Positions 55,633-64,000 of a DNA stretch of 64,000 nt are shown here, in pieces; positions within the stretch are counted from its first letter, which is position 1; each line of letters begins with the position of its first letter. Location of the stretch: contig OZ241990.1 in assembly GCA_965204425.1 (NCBI GenBank), forward strand, positions 587,686 through 651,685, in the 5' to 3' direction. A program made the position numbers and the translations under genes. The DNA is from Dehalococcoidia bacterium. Lineage in GTDB: Bacteria > Chloroflexota > Dehalococcoidia > Lucifugimonadales > Lucifugimonadaceae. Below the pieces are notes generated by a model. The model was not told where the DNA came from. It saw only the letters and a list, made by a program, of their open reading frames with translations, and searched no databases.

Positions 55633-57063
55633 ATGAACGACCGCGACCTAATGTTCCTTCCGGCGCACGAGCAGCGCCAAATGATGCTCGACGGCGAGAT
55701 TTCGTCGGTCGAGTTGACCGAAGCGTCCCTGCGCCGCATCGACGAGCTGGACGGACAGTTGAACGCCTTCGTCACCCTGGATGCTAGTGGCGCGTTGGAA
55801 GCGGCGGCAGAATGTGACCGGCAAATCGCCGATGGCGCTGAACCCGGCATATTGCACGGTGTTCCCATCTGTGTGAAAGATCTGGAGTTGACCAATGGGC
55901 TTCGAACCACCCTCGGATGCTCGGCGTTCAAAGACTGGGTCCCCGATTTCGATTCGGCGGTGGTCGAAAGGCTACGAGCCGCCAACGCGGTCATCTTGGG
56001 GAAGACCAATACACCCGAGTTCGGCAATTCAGCCGAGACGTTCACCGACATATTTCCCTCCGCCAACAACCCGTGGGATGTAACGCGTCATCCAGGAGGG
56101 TCGAGCGGCGGGACGTCGGCTGCAATAGCCTCCGGTATGTGTTCCTTGGGCTCCGGCACCGACGGTGGTGGATCGGTGCGACTGCCAGCTTCGTTTACCG
56201 GCATTTTCGGCCACAAGCCCACGCATGGACGCACTCCGCGCTACGGAGGGCGATCCAACCCGTCATACAACAGCACGAGCACGACAGGACCGATGTCTCA
56301 GGACGTGCGATCATCCGCAATGATGCACATGGCGATCTCCGGCCACGATCCGCGTGACCCCGGCTCGTTGCAGTCTCCCGTTCCCGACTGCATATCCGGT
56401 CTCGAAGACGGTATCGATGGGTTAAAGATCGGGTTCTCGATGGACCTCGGATTCGCGTATTTGAATGATGACGTGGCCCGCGTCACTGAAGAAGCGATAA
56501 AGGGATTCGAAGATGCTGGAGCGACGGTGGTGAGCACCGATCTGAGCTTCGATCCGTTCCCGACAACGTATTGGTGGAAGATTTGGGTCGCTGGCCAGGT
56601 GGCAATGTATGGCTATCTAGCGGAGGATCCGAACGTCCAGCTGACCGAATACACGATGGAGATGGTCAATGCTGGCTATGGCGTAACCGGAGCCGATTAC
56701 GCATCGAGTCTGCGGCAAGCCGAGGTGCACCGCATTCAAGTCGGTCAGTTCTTCGATGAGTTCGACCTGCTGGTAACACCAACGACGGCAATTGAGGCAT
56801 GGCCTCACCAACAGACGCCGATGGAAGTCGGTGGCCACAAGCTTGACGATGACATTGCAAACCCGTCGGCGATACCCTTCACCGCACTGTGGAACATCCT
56901 GTGGAACCCGGCTGCGTCAGTGCCGTGCGGTTTCAGCGATAGCGGAATGCCACTCGGTTTGCAGATCACGGGTCCGATCAACGATGATCCGATAGTGTTC
57001 AGGGCAGCGCGTGCCTACGAACTGGCGCGACCGTGGACCTCAAAGCGACCATCAGTCTCGTAA
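55633..57063 (+). CDS. amidase (amidase-signature family)
   Basis: 476 aa with the AS signature [46 protein letters not shown]. Confidence 0.9.
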   Translation: MNDRDLMFLPAHEQRQMMLDGEISSVELTEASLRRIDELDGQLNAFVTLDASGALEAAAECDRQIADGAEPGILHGVPICVKDLELTNGLRTTLGCSAFKDWVPDFDSAVVERLRAANAVILGKTNTPEFGNSAETFTDIFPSANNPWDVTRHPGGSSGGTSAAIASGMCSLGSGTDGGGSVRLPASFTGIFGHKPTHGRTPRYGGRSNPSYNSTSTTGPMSQDVRSSAMMHMAISGHDPRDPGSLQSPVPDCISGLEDGIDGLKIGFSMDLGFAYLNDDVARVTEEAIKGFEDAGATVVSTDLSFDPFPTTYWWKIWVAGQVAMYGYLAEDPNVQLTEYTMEMVNAGYGVTGADYASSLRQAEVHRIQVGQFFDEFDLLVTPTTAIEAWPHQQTPMEVGGHKLDDDIANPSAIPFTALWNILWNPAASVPCGFSDSGMPLGLQITGPINDDPIVFRAARAYELARPWTSKRPSVS

Positions 57064-57084
57064 CACCGTCGAAAGGCGTTCGCC

Positions 57085-58260
57085 ATGAGCGAAAACTATG
57101 ATGCCGTAGTCATTGGCGGTGGTGTCATGGGATGCGCCACGCTTCACTACCTCGCGCAACTTGGCGTTACTAAGACGCTACTCATTGAGCGGGATACGCT
57201 CGCATCGGGGTCAACTGGTCGGTCGATGACGATCCTACGAATGCATTACTCCAATCGCGTTACGACGGAGATGGCATGGTGGAGCAGGGGAGTGATGGCG
57301 AATTTCGAAGATGAAGTTGGTTCCCCGAGCGGGTTAAAACATAACGAGTGGTTGCTCTTCCCCGGCAAGGGAAACGAAGCACCGGCGCGTCGCAATGTTG
57401 AACTTGCCAAATCCGTTGGCGTTGAAACCGAAGTGATTGACGTCGACGACGCTTCAGCACGTTGGCCGTACATGAATTTCACCGATAACGAGTGCGTTGT
57501 CTGGGAGGGGAAAGCCGGTTTCGCCGATTCCCATCTCGTCACTCAAGGTTTCGCTAACTCTGCTAGGAATCAGGGAGCGAAACTTCAAATCGGTTCAACT
57601 GTCACCGAAATCCTCCACAAGAACGGAAGAGTTACCGGCGTTCGAACCGAAGATGGCGACATTTTCGCTGGCATGGTCGTCCTCACTGCAGGTCCTTGGA
57701 CCAATGTGTTGTTGGAGAAGCTAGGCGTTCCGCTGTCGATCCACACCGTCAGGCATCAGGTGATTCGTCTTGAGCAGCAGGCCGGCTTCACCGACGATGC
57801 CGAATCGTTCCATCCGATCGTTGTACATATTCCTTCCGGACTTTCAGCTAGACCCGATACGCCCGGTCATGCGCTGATCGGATACCGAGAGGATGAAGTT
57901 GACCGTGATACCTACAACCAAGGTGTGGACACGGAGGTCGCCATCGAAGGGATGACCATTCTGTCCGACATCATTCCGGCGTATGCCGACGCGACTTGGA
58001 TGGGAGGATGGTCAGGGCTATTTACCGTTTCGCCCGATTGGAATCCTGTGATCGATCGAGTGCCAGGGTTCGAAAACCTCGTGGTCGGGGCAGGCTTCTC
58101 AGGTCACGGTTTCAAGATGTCCCCTGCAATCGGGCGTTCACTAGCGGAGCTTGCTACCGGAGCACAGAAAACGATGTTTGACCTGCACCCTTTGCGCTTC
58201 ACTCGGTTCGAAGAGGGTGATCTACTCAAATCGGCATACGGCGGGAACGTCTTCGCCTGA
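57085..58260 (+). CDS. FAD-dependent oxidoreductase (DAO / sarcosine-oxidase-beta-like)
   Basis: 391 aa with YDAVVIGGGVMGCATLHYLA and a C-terminal GFSGHGFKMSPAIG. Confidence 0.85.
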   Translation: MSENYDAVVIGGGVMGCATLHYLAQLGVTKTLLIERDTLASGSTGRSMTILRMHYSNRVTTEMAWWSRGVMANFEDEVGSPSGLKHNEWLLFPGKGNEAPARRNVELAKSVGVETEVIDVDDASARWPYMNFTDNECVVWEGKAGFADSHLVTQGFANSARNQGAKLQIGSTVTEILHKNGRVTGVRTEDGDIFAGMVVLTAGPWTNVLLEKLGVPLSIHTVRHQVIRLEQQAGFTDDAESFHPIVVHIPSGLSARPDTPGHALIGYREDEVDRDTYNQGVDTEVAIEGMTILSDIIPAYADATWMGGWSGLFTVSPDWNPVIDRVPGFENLVVGAGFSGHGFKMSPAIGRSLAELATGAQKTMFDLHPLRFTRFEEGDLLKSAYGGNVFA

Positions 58261-58737
58261 TCAACTGATGGTGCCGTAGACCACGCCGCACACGATGCCG
58301 AAGATGACGTGCGAGATAAAGAGCGTCACTGCGCTTTGTCGGGAGTAGTTGAGTGCGAATGGGCCAGGTGCTTTCATTTCGCCTCTGCGGATCCGCGGGT
58401 GAAGCAATCGGAAATATGTGAGTGTCACACCCGTCAACACCCACAGCAACACCCCGACGACAGCACCGACGAGCCAAGCCACATTTTCCAATTCAAAGGC
58501 GTACGACACCGCTGAAGTGAAGATGCCGTAGAAAATCCCGACGACCAATAGAACGGCTCGTCCCATCAGTTGCTGTCGAAACGGATTCAGCGTGAAGGCC
58601 GATCCGATGAGCACCACGATTCCCACTTGATCGAGCGACGGTCGAGCAACCTCCCAAACCTGCAAGAAGAGTATGGCGGCGATTGTTCCGATCAGACCGC
58701 CGAGTATTGCGACATCCAGACTCACCGGATGCTCCAT
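58261..58737 (-). CDS. hypothetical 4-TM membrane protein
   Basis: 158 aa with four hydrophobic helices. Lies 14 nt downstream of the enolase-superfamily gene. No recognised family. Confidence 0.5.
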   Translation of the reverse strand: MEHPVSLDVAILGGLIGTIAAILFLQVWEVARPSLDQVGIVVLIGSAFTLNPFRQQLMGRAVLLVVGIFYGIFTSAVSYAFELENVAWLVGAVVGVLLWVLTGVTLTYFRLLHPRIRRGEMKAPGPFALNYSRQSAVTLFISHVIFGIVCGVVYGTIS

Positions 58738-58751
58738 GTCATCTTGATTGC

Positions 58752-59903
58752 CTACCAGTCTGCGACGGAGCCGTCAGCGAAGTAGGTTTCTCCGCCAAGT
58801 TCCCGATGGTAGCCGACTGCATCGCCGTCGAAGACCTTCATCGCTTCCGATTCGTCGACTTCAACTCCGAGGCCAGGCGTGTCCCACAACTCGATGTGGC
58901 CGTCCTTAACTACCCAGTCGTTTTTGATGATTCCATTGCCCAGAGCCTGATCGACTTGCTCTTGGACCAAGAAGTTGGGCACAACCGCGTCAACGGTCAT
59001 GCAAGCTGCCAAGGCGAGAGGCCCGATGGCGCAATGGGGCATGATGTGTTGGTAGTAGACCTCGGCATAGTTTGCGATCTTCTTCAACTCGGTGATTCCG
59101 CCGCAGTGGGCAACATCGGGTTGCAACAGTGAGACGCATTGCTGTTCGATGACGCGTCTGAACTCCCAGCGTGTCAGTAGCCGTTCGCCAGTTGCAATCG
59201 GGAACGGAACATGGTCGGAAACCAGTTTCAGAGCGTCCTCGTTCTCCTGCGGTACCGGTTCCTCGACAAACAGCGGGCGCATGCCTTTGAGTTCGTTGCA
59301 GACTTCGATGGCTAGACCCGGTGCCATCTTCCCGTGAAAATCGAAGCACAACTCTACATCATCACCAACCCACTCGCGCATCATGTATGCCGCTTCAACG
59401 AACTTGTCTATGCGAGAGGGCGGTTCGTGGGCACGCCAAAAACCTGCCGGTCCCGATTTGTAGGCGGTGTAACCCATCTTGCTCAACATGTCCAGACGGC
59501 TTCGCGCTTCCTGCAACGCCTCGTCGGACATGTCACGGATGCCCCAATGGGCATAGACTCGGATGCGGTCTCGAACGTTGCCTCCCAACAGCATGTAGCT
59601 CGGCACGCCGTAGTGTTTACCGGCAATATCCCATAGGGCCGCATCGATCCCGGCGATCGCCGTCATGTTGTGGGCCCCACCGCGGAAGAATGACGAACGA
59701 TACATCTGCTGCCAATGATGCTCGATGCGCAGAGGATCCTTGCCGATCAGATACCCGGCGAACTCATCGATGGCAGCCGGAACCGACGTCGGTTTGCCTT
59801 CAAGCGTGCTCTCCCCCCACCCTTCGATGCCAGTGTCAGTTGTTATTCTGACGAGTCGCGTTCGTTGCCTAGGTGAAAACTGATCGACGCGCGTTATCTT
59901 CAT
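58752..59903 (-). CDS. enolase-superfamily enzyme (mandelate racemase/galactonate-dehydratase-like)
   Basis: 383 aa. MKITRVDQF...VRITTDTGIEGWGE, DFHGK, FVEEP, MPHC. Confidence 0.85.
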   Translation of the reverse strand: MKITRVDQFSPRQRTRLVRITTDTGIEGWGESTLEGKPTSVPAAIDEFAGYLIGKDPLRIEHHWQQMYRSSFFRGGAHNMTAIAGIDAALWDIAGKHYGVPSYMLLGGNVRDRIRVYAHWGIRDMSDEALQEARSRLDMLSKMGYTAYKSGPAGFWRAHEPPSRIDKFVEAAYMMREWVGDDVELCFDFHGKMAPGLAIEVCNELKGMRPLFVEEPVPQENEDALKLVSDHVPFPIATGERLLTRWEFRRVIEQQCVSLLQPDVAHCGGITELKKIANYAEVYYQHIMPHCAIGPLALAACMTVDAVVPNFLVQEQVDQALGNGIIKNDWVVKDGHIELWDTPGLGVEVDESEAMKVFDGDAVGYHRELGGETYFADGSVADW

Positions 59904-59966
59904 GTCACCTGTTCCGCTGATGGTTCTCGTGCCGTCGGCACGAGTCTACAACTCAAGCGAACGCCG

Positions 59967-60320
59967 TTAGTCGATATCGTTCAGGTACTCAATGAAGTGC
60001 CGAACATCCGCAGCACGACGGCGGATCTGGTCTTCAGCCAACCAGTTCTCGTAGAAATTAGTGTGCAATTGAGAAGCTGAAGCGAAGTCTCGACGAAATT
60101 CTGACGAGGAGGCCTCTAGTTCAAGTTCCGCCATGATGTTGTAAAACTGGGCGGGTGAGTTGTGACGCAACCCTCGGCGTTCGGCTACCGATTTGAGCGC
60201 TTGGGCTGCGGCACCCCACAACTTCTCAGACGCCTGCAAAAGATCGCCGTTCTCCAGCTCGACCATCGCTTGGTCAAAAAGTTGCAATGATGTTGATCGG
60301 TACTGTTCGGCAGTTGTCAT
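59967..60320 (-). CDS. small all-helical protein, PaREP1/HEPN-like (paralogue of 27360-27710)
   Basis: 117 aa. GDLLQASEKLWGAAAQALKSVAERRGLRHNSPAQF...QLHTNFYEN. Lies 20 nt downstream of the Gfo/Idh/MocA gene. Confidence 0.5.
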   Translation of the reverse strand: MTTAEQYRSTSLQLFDQAMVELENGDLLQASEKLWGAAAQALKSVAERRGLRHNSPAQFYNIMAELELEASSSEFRRDFASASQLHTNFYENWLAEDQIRRRAADVRHFIEYLNDID

Positions 60321-60340
60321 CAGGGAATAATCTCACTTAG

Positions 60341-61300
60341 CTATAAGTTATCGTTCACAGTGTCTAGGATATCTTCACACAATTTCAACGTCGCCACGGA
60401 GGATTCAAGGGTGGCAGCCGGCGGAGGATAGTCCACGTCGTCGATGACGCTTTGGACGAAGTGTCTGGCTTGCGCTACGGTGTCGTTCTCAGCCTCTTCT
60501 GGCATTGCAATTTCAGTCCGCTCGCCGTTGCGCAGCACCCATCCTCTTTGGACACCTTCGAGGTATACCGAGATATAGTCTCCGTGCAATTCGTAGCGCT
60601 CCAATCTGCCACCTGATGTGTATGCCGATGTGAATTGGCAGACGACATCGTTCTCAAATTCGATCAAGGCTGCATGAACATCTCGGTAAGTGCTCGCCGT
60701 ACGTTTGACAATGGCGTGGGTGTTTTTGACGGGAGCGTCGGCGAAATGCGTGACAATATCCGCGGAGTGGATCGGCGATTCCAGCAACATGAGGTCGAAC
60801 ATATCGGGTGAAAAACGTTCGTCGTCGATGAATTCGTGGATGTCCTTGTGGAACTCCGCAACGATTTGACGCAATTGTCCAGTTTCAGCAATCAAATCTA
60901 TTGCAGTTCGTATCAAAGGATTGAACCTCCGATTGAATGCGACCATGACCTTTGAGCCGTTGCGCGTTGCCGTTTCAAGCAACTTCTCAACGGCCTCAAC
61001 CGATAGTGCAGGGGGCTTTTCAATCAAGACCGGCACGCCGCGTTCGATCGCTTCGTTTGCAGCGACACCGTTGAGGTGCGCGGGAGCGGCTACAACGACC
61101 GCATCAACATCACCAGAATCGACCATTTCGGCGACGTTCGCGTAAACGCTGATATCGTCCAACTCGGAAAGCGCAGTGTCGCGCGCAGCTTCCATTGGAT
61201 CGGAAATCGAAGCAACGTGCGCGCTACGGATCTCGTCAATCGCCCTAACGTGCCAACGCGCACGCCTTCCGTAACCAGCAACGCCGATCCTCAATGACAT
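60341..61300 (-). CDS. Gfo/Idh/MocA-family NAD(P)-dependent oxidoreductase
   Basis: 319 aa with IGVAGYGRRARWHV and the VLIEKPPALS (EKP) motif. Confidence 0.8.
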   Translation of the reverse strand: MSLRIGVAGYGRRARWHVRAIDEIRSAHVASISDPMEAARDTALSELDDISVYANVAEMVDSGDVDAVVVAAPAHLNGVAANEAIERGVPVLIEKPPALSVEAVEKLLETATRNGSKVMVAFNRRFNPLIRTAIDLIAETGQLRQIVAEFHKDIHEFIDDERFSPDMFDLMLLESPIHSADIVTHFADAPVKNTHAIVKRTASTYRDVHAALIEFENDVVCQFTSAYTSGGRLERYELHGDYISVYLEGVQRGWVLRNGERTEIAMPEEAENDTVAQARHFVQSVIDDVDYPPPAATLESSVATLKLCEDILDTVNDNL

Positions 61301-61417
61301 ACAAGTCCTCCAGATAGGCGACCACGTTCAATTGAACGCTTACAGGATCGCCACGATGGGAATAGACTTTATCCAAACCCAACGCCATCGGTGCACCACG
61401 TATTCGGAGACGGAATC

Positions 61418-62224
61418 ATGATCGCCACCGCGATTGACTTGACTACTATGAGCGGCAGAGACGTACGGATGGGCTCCCGCACTGGTGAGTTCGCGCAACC
61501 CACCTCTGGTGCTGCGCCCGACATCGTCCAGACCAACGTCGCGATCCTGCCGAAAGATCTGGCTTTCGAGTTCTTGGTGTTCTGTCAACGCAACCCGAAG
61601 CCATGCCCGGTGATCGAAGTGTTGGAAGCAGGGCAGACGGAAGCGGTGCTGTCGGCACCAGAATCTGACATTCGAAGCGATGTGCCGATGTATCGCGTCT
61701 ATCGTTACGGCGAACTCGTGGATGAACCTCTCGACATCGCCGACCATTGGCGCGACGACCTTGTGACGTTCCTTCTCGGATGCAGCTTCACGTTCGAGCA
61801 CGCTCTGATCCGTAACGGTGTGCATCTGCCGTACTACGGCACCGACAAAAACGTCGCGATGTATAAAACCAGCATCGAAACTGCGCCAGCAGGACCATTC
61901 GGTGGCCCGATGGTGGTAACGCATCGATGGGTGCCACGCGAGAAAGTCGTCAGGGCAGTGCAGGCCACTTCTAGATTCCCTGCTGTCCATGGTGCGCCAG
62001 TCCACATTGGGGATCCGACTGAAATCGGTATCACCGACCTTTCGAACCCCGACTTCGGCGACGCGTGGGATCCGCAATCGGACGACGATGTGTCGATGTT
62101 TTGGGCCTGCGGTGTTACGCCTCAGGCCGTAGCGATGGCCTCGAAACCGGAACTCATGATCACGCACGCACCCGGTTACATGTTCGTGACCGACATGCAC
62201 GACGAAGATCTGGCGGTCATGTAG
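61418..62224 (+). CDS. DUF1445 / UPF0317 putative hydro-lyase (D-glutamate cyclase-type domain)
   Basis: ...GEFAQPTSGAAPDIVQTNVAILPKDLAFEFLVFCQRNPKPCPVIEVL... The ATG at 61418 is preceded by GGAGACGG. The track start is GTG 61391. Confidence 0.8.
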   Translation: MIATAIDLTTMSGRDVRMGSRTGEFAQPTSGAAPDIVQTNVAILPKDLAFEFLVFCQRNPKPCPVIEVLEAGQTEAVLSAPESDIRSDVPMYRVYRYGELVDEPLDIADHWRDDLVTFLLGCSFTFEHALIRNGVHLPYYGTDKNVAMYKTSIETAPAGPFGGPMVVTHRWVPREKVVRAVQATSRFPAVHGAPVHIGDPTEIGITDLSNPDFGDAWDPQSDDDVSMFWACGVTPQAVAMASKPELMITHAPGYMFVTDMHDEDLAVM

Positions 62225-62272
62225 CTTGACCCAACCGACTAACACCCGAAACCTAGAAAGCCAACAAACTCA

Positions 62273-63145
62273 ATGACCGATAACGACCCGATCGCCCAAA
62301 TTGAAGACATCGTCCTCCAGTACGACATGCGCGGCATGACCGCACTGAAACCTCACATGCCGTCAAATTACATGGAATCATGTGCCGACCTGCTATTGGA
62401 GCAGGCGGGCAAGGTGTTCATCGTCACCGGTTTTTACATCTTGGCGGCGGAAGCGACTGAGACCGACGGTCCGCCAGGAGCAGTAGCCATCGGCAACGCG
62501 CTGGCTAGGCTGGGTAACGAGGTAGCTTACGTAACGGATGAACTGTCTTCCGAAGTCGTCAGGTCAATCGCAGATCACGAGGTGATCGAGTTCCCGATAA
62601 CGAACCACCGCGAGTCCGCCAACTTCGCCAACGAGCTGATACAGGAACATTCGCCGAGTGCGCTTCTCGCGATCGAGCGCGCCGGATTAATCGGTGACGG
62701 AACCTATCGGAACATGCGTGGTATCGAACTCACGCCTTACAACGCTAAGATCGACCATCTTTTCGATCAGCACCCGTATTCAATCGGTATCGGTGATGGC
62801 GGAAACGAAATTGGCATGGGCAATCTGCAAAGCGTCATTCCGACAATCGATCACGAGTTTTTGCCCAAGAATCCATGTGTTACCACTACGACGGAGCTGA
62901 TCATAGCGAGTTGCTCGAATTGGGGTGGTTTCGGGCTCATCGCTGCGTTGTCGCTCAAAAACGGCGTCAACCTGCTACCGAGCGTCGAGGAAGCCAAGCA
63001 GATGGTGCGCGACATTGTCGCGGTAGGCGCTGTCGAAGGGATGAGTGGCGAAAGCAAAGAGTGGGTGGACGGCCGAGATCTCGAAGCTGACTCGGTGTGC
63101 CTCCGTGACTTGCACGCCCTTTTGGAAGAACAAGGCGTAGGTTAG
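62273..63145 (+). CDS. DUF4392-type protein (the second domain of animal D-glutamate cyclase)
   Basis: 290 aa. Motifs VTGFYILAAEATETDGPPGAVAIGNAL, AIERAG, GIGDGGNEIGMGN, CSNWGG. Confidence 0.75.
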   Translation: MTDNDPIAQIEDIVLQYDMRGMTALKPHMPSNYMESCADLLLEQAGKVFIVTGFYILAAEATETDGPPGAVAIGNALARLGNEVAYVTDELSSEVVRSIADHEVIEFPITNHRESANFANELIQEHSPSALLAIERAGLIGDGTYRNMRGIELTPYNAKIDHLFDQHPYSIGIGDGGNEIGMGNLQSVIPTIDHEFLPKNPCVTTTTELIIASCSNWGGFGLIAALSLKNGVNLLPSVEEAKQMVRDIVAVGAVEGMSGESKEWVDGRDLEADSVCLRDLHALLEEQGVG

Positions 63146-63156
63146 CGCTTCTCGCC

Positions 63157-64000
63157 CTATCTCCGCCGCCTTAACAACCTCTGTCTGGTCACTGTCTCCT
63201 TGACCAACGTGATCAGTGCCACCGCTCCGAGGCCGGCAATTCCGCCTGTGAACCATGTCGCTGACGATAGGGCCATGAGTTGAGCGATACCTCCGATGAG
63301 CGGCGGACCGGTAGCACCGCCGACGTCGGAGATGAACCGCCAGACGCCTAAGAACTCACCCGGGTCTTTCAATGGTGCTAAATCGGATCCTAGTGTAAGC
63401 ACGAAACCGCTGCTCATTCCGTTTCCGAGTCCCGCGATCACGCCGGCGATCATCAACATCGTCATGCCGTCTGCAAAAGGTAGGAGCGATAGCCCCAAAC
63501 CCATTATCAGCAGCGCGGGAACTCCCACATATTTCCTCCCGAATCTGTCCATTGTCCAACCAACAATTGGGAACATCGTCGAATCGACGGCGTAAGAGAC
63601 ACTCGCGACGTAACCGATCTGGTCAGTTTTGAGTCCCATCTCGTCGCCCCACACGGGAATCAGGAATTCACGAGCGGCGCGAATGAACTGAAGTATCACG
63701 GCAACCAAACCAGCGGTCATGAAGTCCTGTCGATGGGCAACCATCGTTGTGCCGATGCTAGTAAACACGTTCCTATGACCTTGCGGATCGACCTTGTCAC
63801 CTCCGGTCCTGATCATCGCGTAGAACACGAACATGCCCGTCAACACAGCTATTCCCGCTTGAACATAGAACGGTGCTCGAATGTCAACATACTCGGCGAG
63901 CACCCCGCCGAGTATGGGACCGATGATAGCGGCGATGCGACCTGTGCCGCCGTAGAGCGATAAAGCCTTGCCTCGATGCCGCGTCGGCACCGCGCGGGCG
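63157..64000 (-). CDS. MFS transporter; the 5' end runs off the window
   Basis: ...ARAVPTRHRGKALSLYGGTGRIAAIIGPILGG..., an MFS loop motif, followed by six more TM helices. The reading frame stays open to the window edge, so the track's GTG at 63990 is internal. Confidence 0.75.
   Translation of the reverse strand, partial: ARAVPTRHRGKALSLYGGTGRIAAIIGPILGGVLAEYVDIRAPFYVQAGIAVLTGMFVFYAMIRTGGDKVDPQGHRNVFTSIGTTMVAHRQDFMTAGLVAVILQFIRAAREFLIPVWGDEMGLKTDQIGYVASVSYAVDSTMFPIVGWTMDRFGRKYVGVPALLIMGLGLSLLPFADGMTMLMIAGVIAGLGNGMSSGFVLTLGSDLAPLKDPGEFLGVWRFISDVGGATGPPLIGGIAQLMALSSATWFTGGIAGLGAVALITLVKETVTRQRLLRRRR

Noticed and set aside
55633-57063. The amidase as GatA, partner of gatB
   Set aside because: It lies 42 kb from gatB. 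No gatC is nearby, and it is embedded in a catabolic operon with an SDR, SRPBCC and flavoenzyme. It is more likely a substrate amidase, though phylogeny would be needed to be certain.
61340-62245. 301-aa ORF on the minus strand covering the whole DUF1445 gene
   Set aside because: It is antisense to an ORF with clear family motifs. Its sequence is Arg/His/Val-rich with no recognisable domain, which is typical of shadow ORFs in moderately GC-rich DNA.

Overview
This 64-kb window is chromosomal, gene-dense bacterial DNA. I found no transposase, integrase, phage gene, CRISPR array or rRNA. I also recognised no classical transcription factor or two-component gene.

Gene content (dimeric-type GlyRS, GatB, a SufBCD-SufU set, lipoprotein solute-binding proteins with long low-complexity linkers, and many paralogous enolase-superfamily, 2-hydroxyacid-dehydrogenase and SDR genes) suggests a marine monoderm-like heterotroph. 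A SAR202-type Chloroflexota is my guess. That is inference only.

Layout:
- 1-5.1 kb: a partial siroheme-decarboxylase-like gene and a polyprenyl synthase-hpnC-hpnD-hpnE squalene operon.
- 5.2-18.7 kb: housekeeping genes. These are divergent hsp20 and a Clp ATPase lacking the M domain, then ispDF, cysS, secG, gatB, pcm and sufBCD-sufU.
- 18.7-27.3 kb: an orphan lipoprotein solute-binding protein, an epimerase, tRNA-Met, a circularly permuted ATP-grasp / alpha-E / transglutaminase triad, DegV and tRNA-Arg.
- 27.3-39.8 kb: catabolic paralogue clusters. These hold a Php-like hydrolase, an SDR, a beta-propeller gene plus its decayed tandem copy, an enolase-superfamily gene, a variant uppP, three tandem D-2-hydroxyacid dehydrogenases, an M42 peptidase, a TPP enzyme and a GYD protein.
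- 39.9-52.9 kb: envelope and transport genes. These are a PMT/ArnT-like glycosyltransferase, a CDF transporter, an ABC exporter with a Gly/Pro-rich insert, tRNA-Glu and tRNA-Gln, a Dpp-like SBP plus two permeases without ATPases, a tandem-thioredoxin lipoprotein and glyQS.
- 53-64 kb: a second catabolic cluster. It holds a GH88/105-like gene, an SDR, an SRPBCC gene, an amidase, a DAO-type oxidoreductase, an enolase-superfamily gene, a Gfo/Idh/MocA gene, a split D-glutamate-cyclase-like pair and an MFS gene.

I see no clear-cut novel system such as a defence island. The best candidates for uncharacterised biology are:
- the ATP-grasp / alpha-E / transglutaminase triad;
- two paralogous small PaREP1/HEPN-like proteins embedded in catabolic operons;
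- the DUF1445 + DUF4392 gene pair;
- several atypical protein architectures.

All functional calls come from reading the translated ORFs and recognising motifs. No database search was run.
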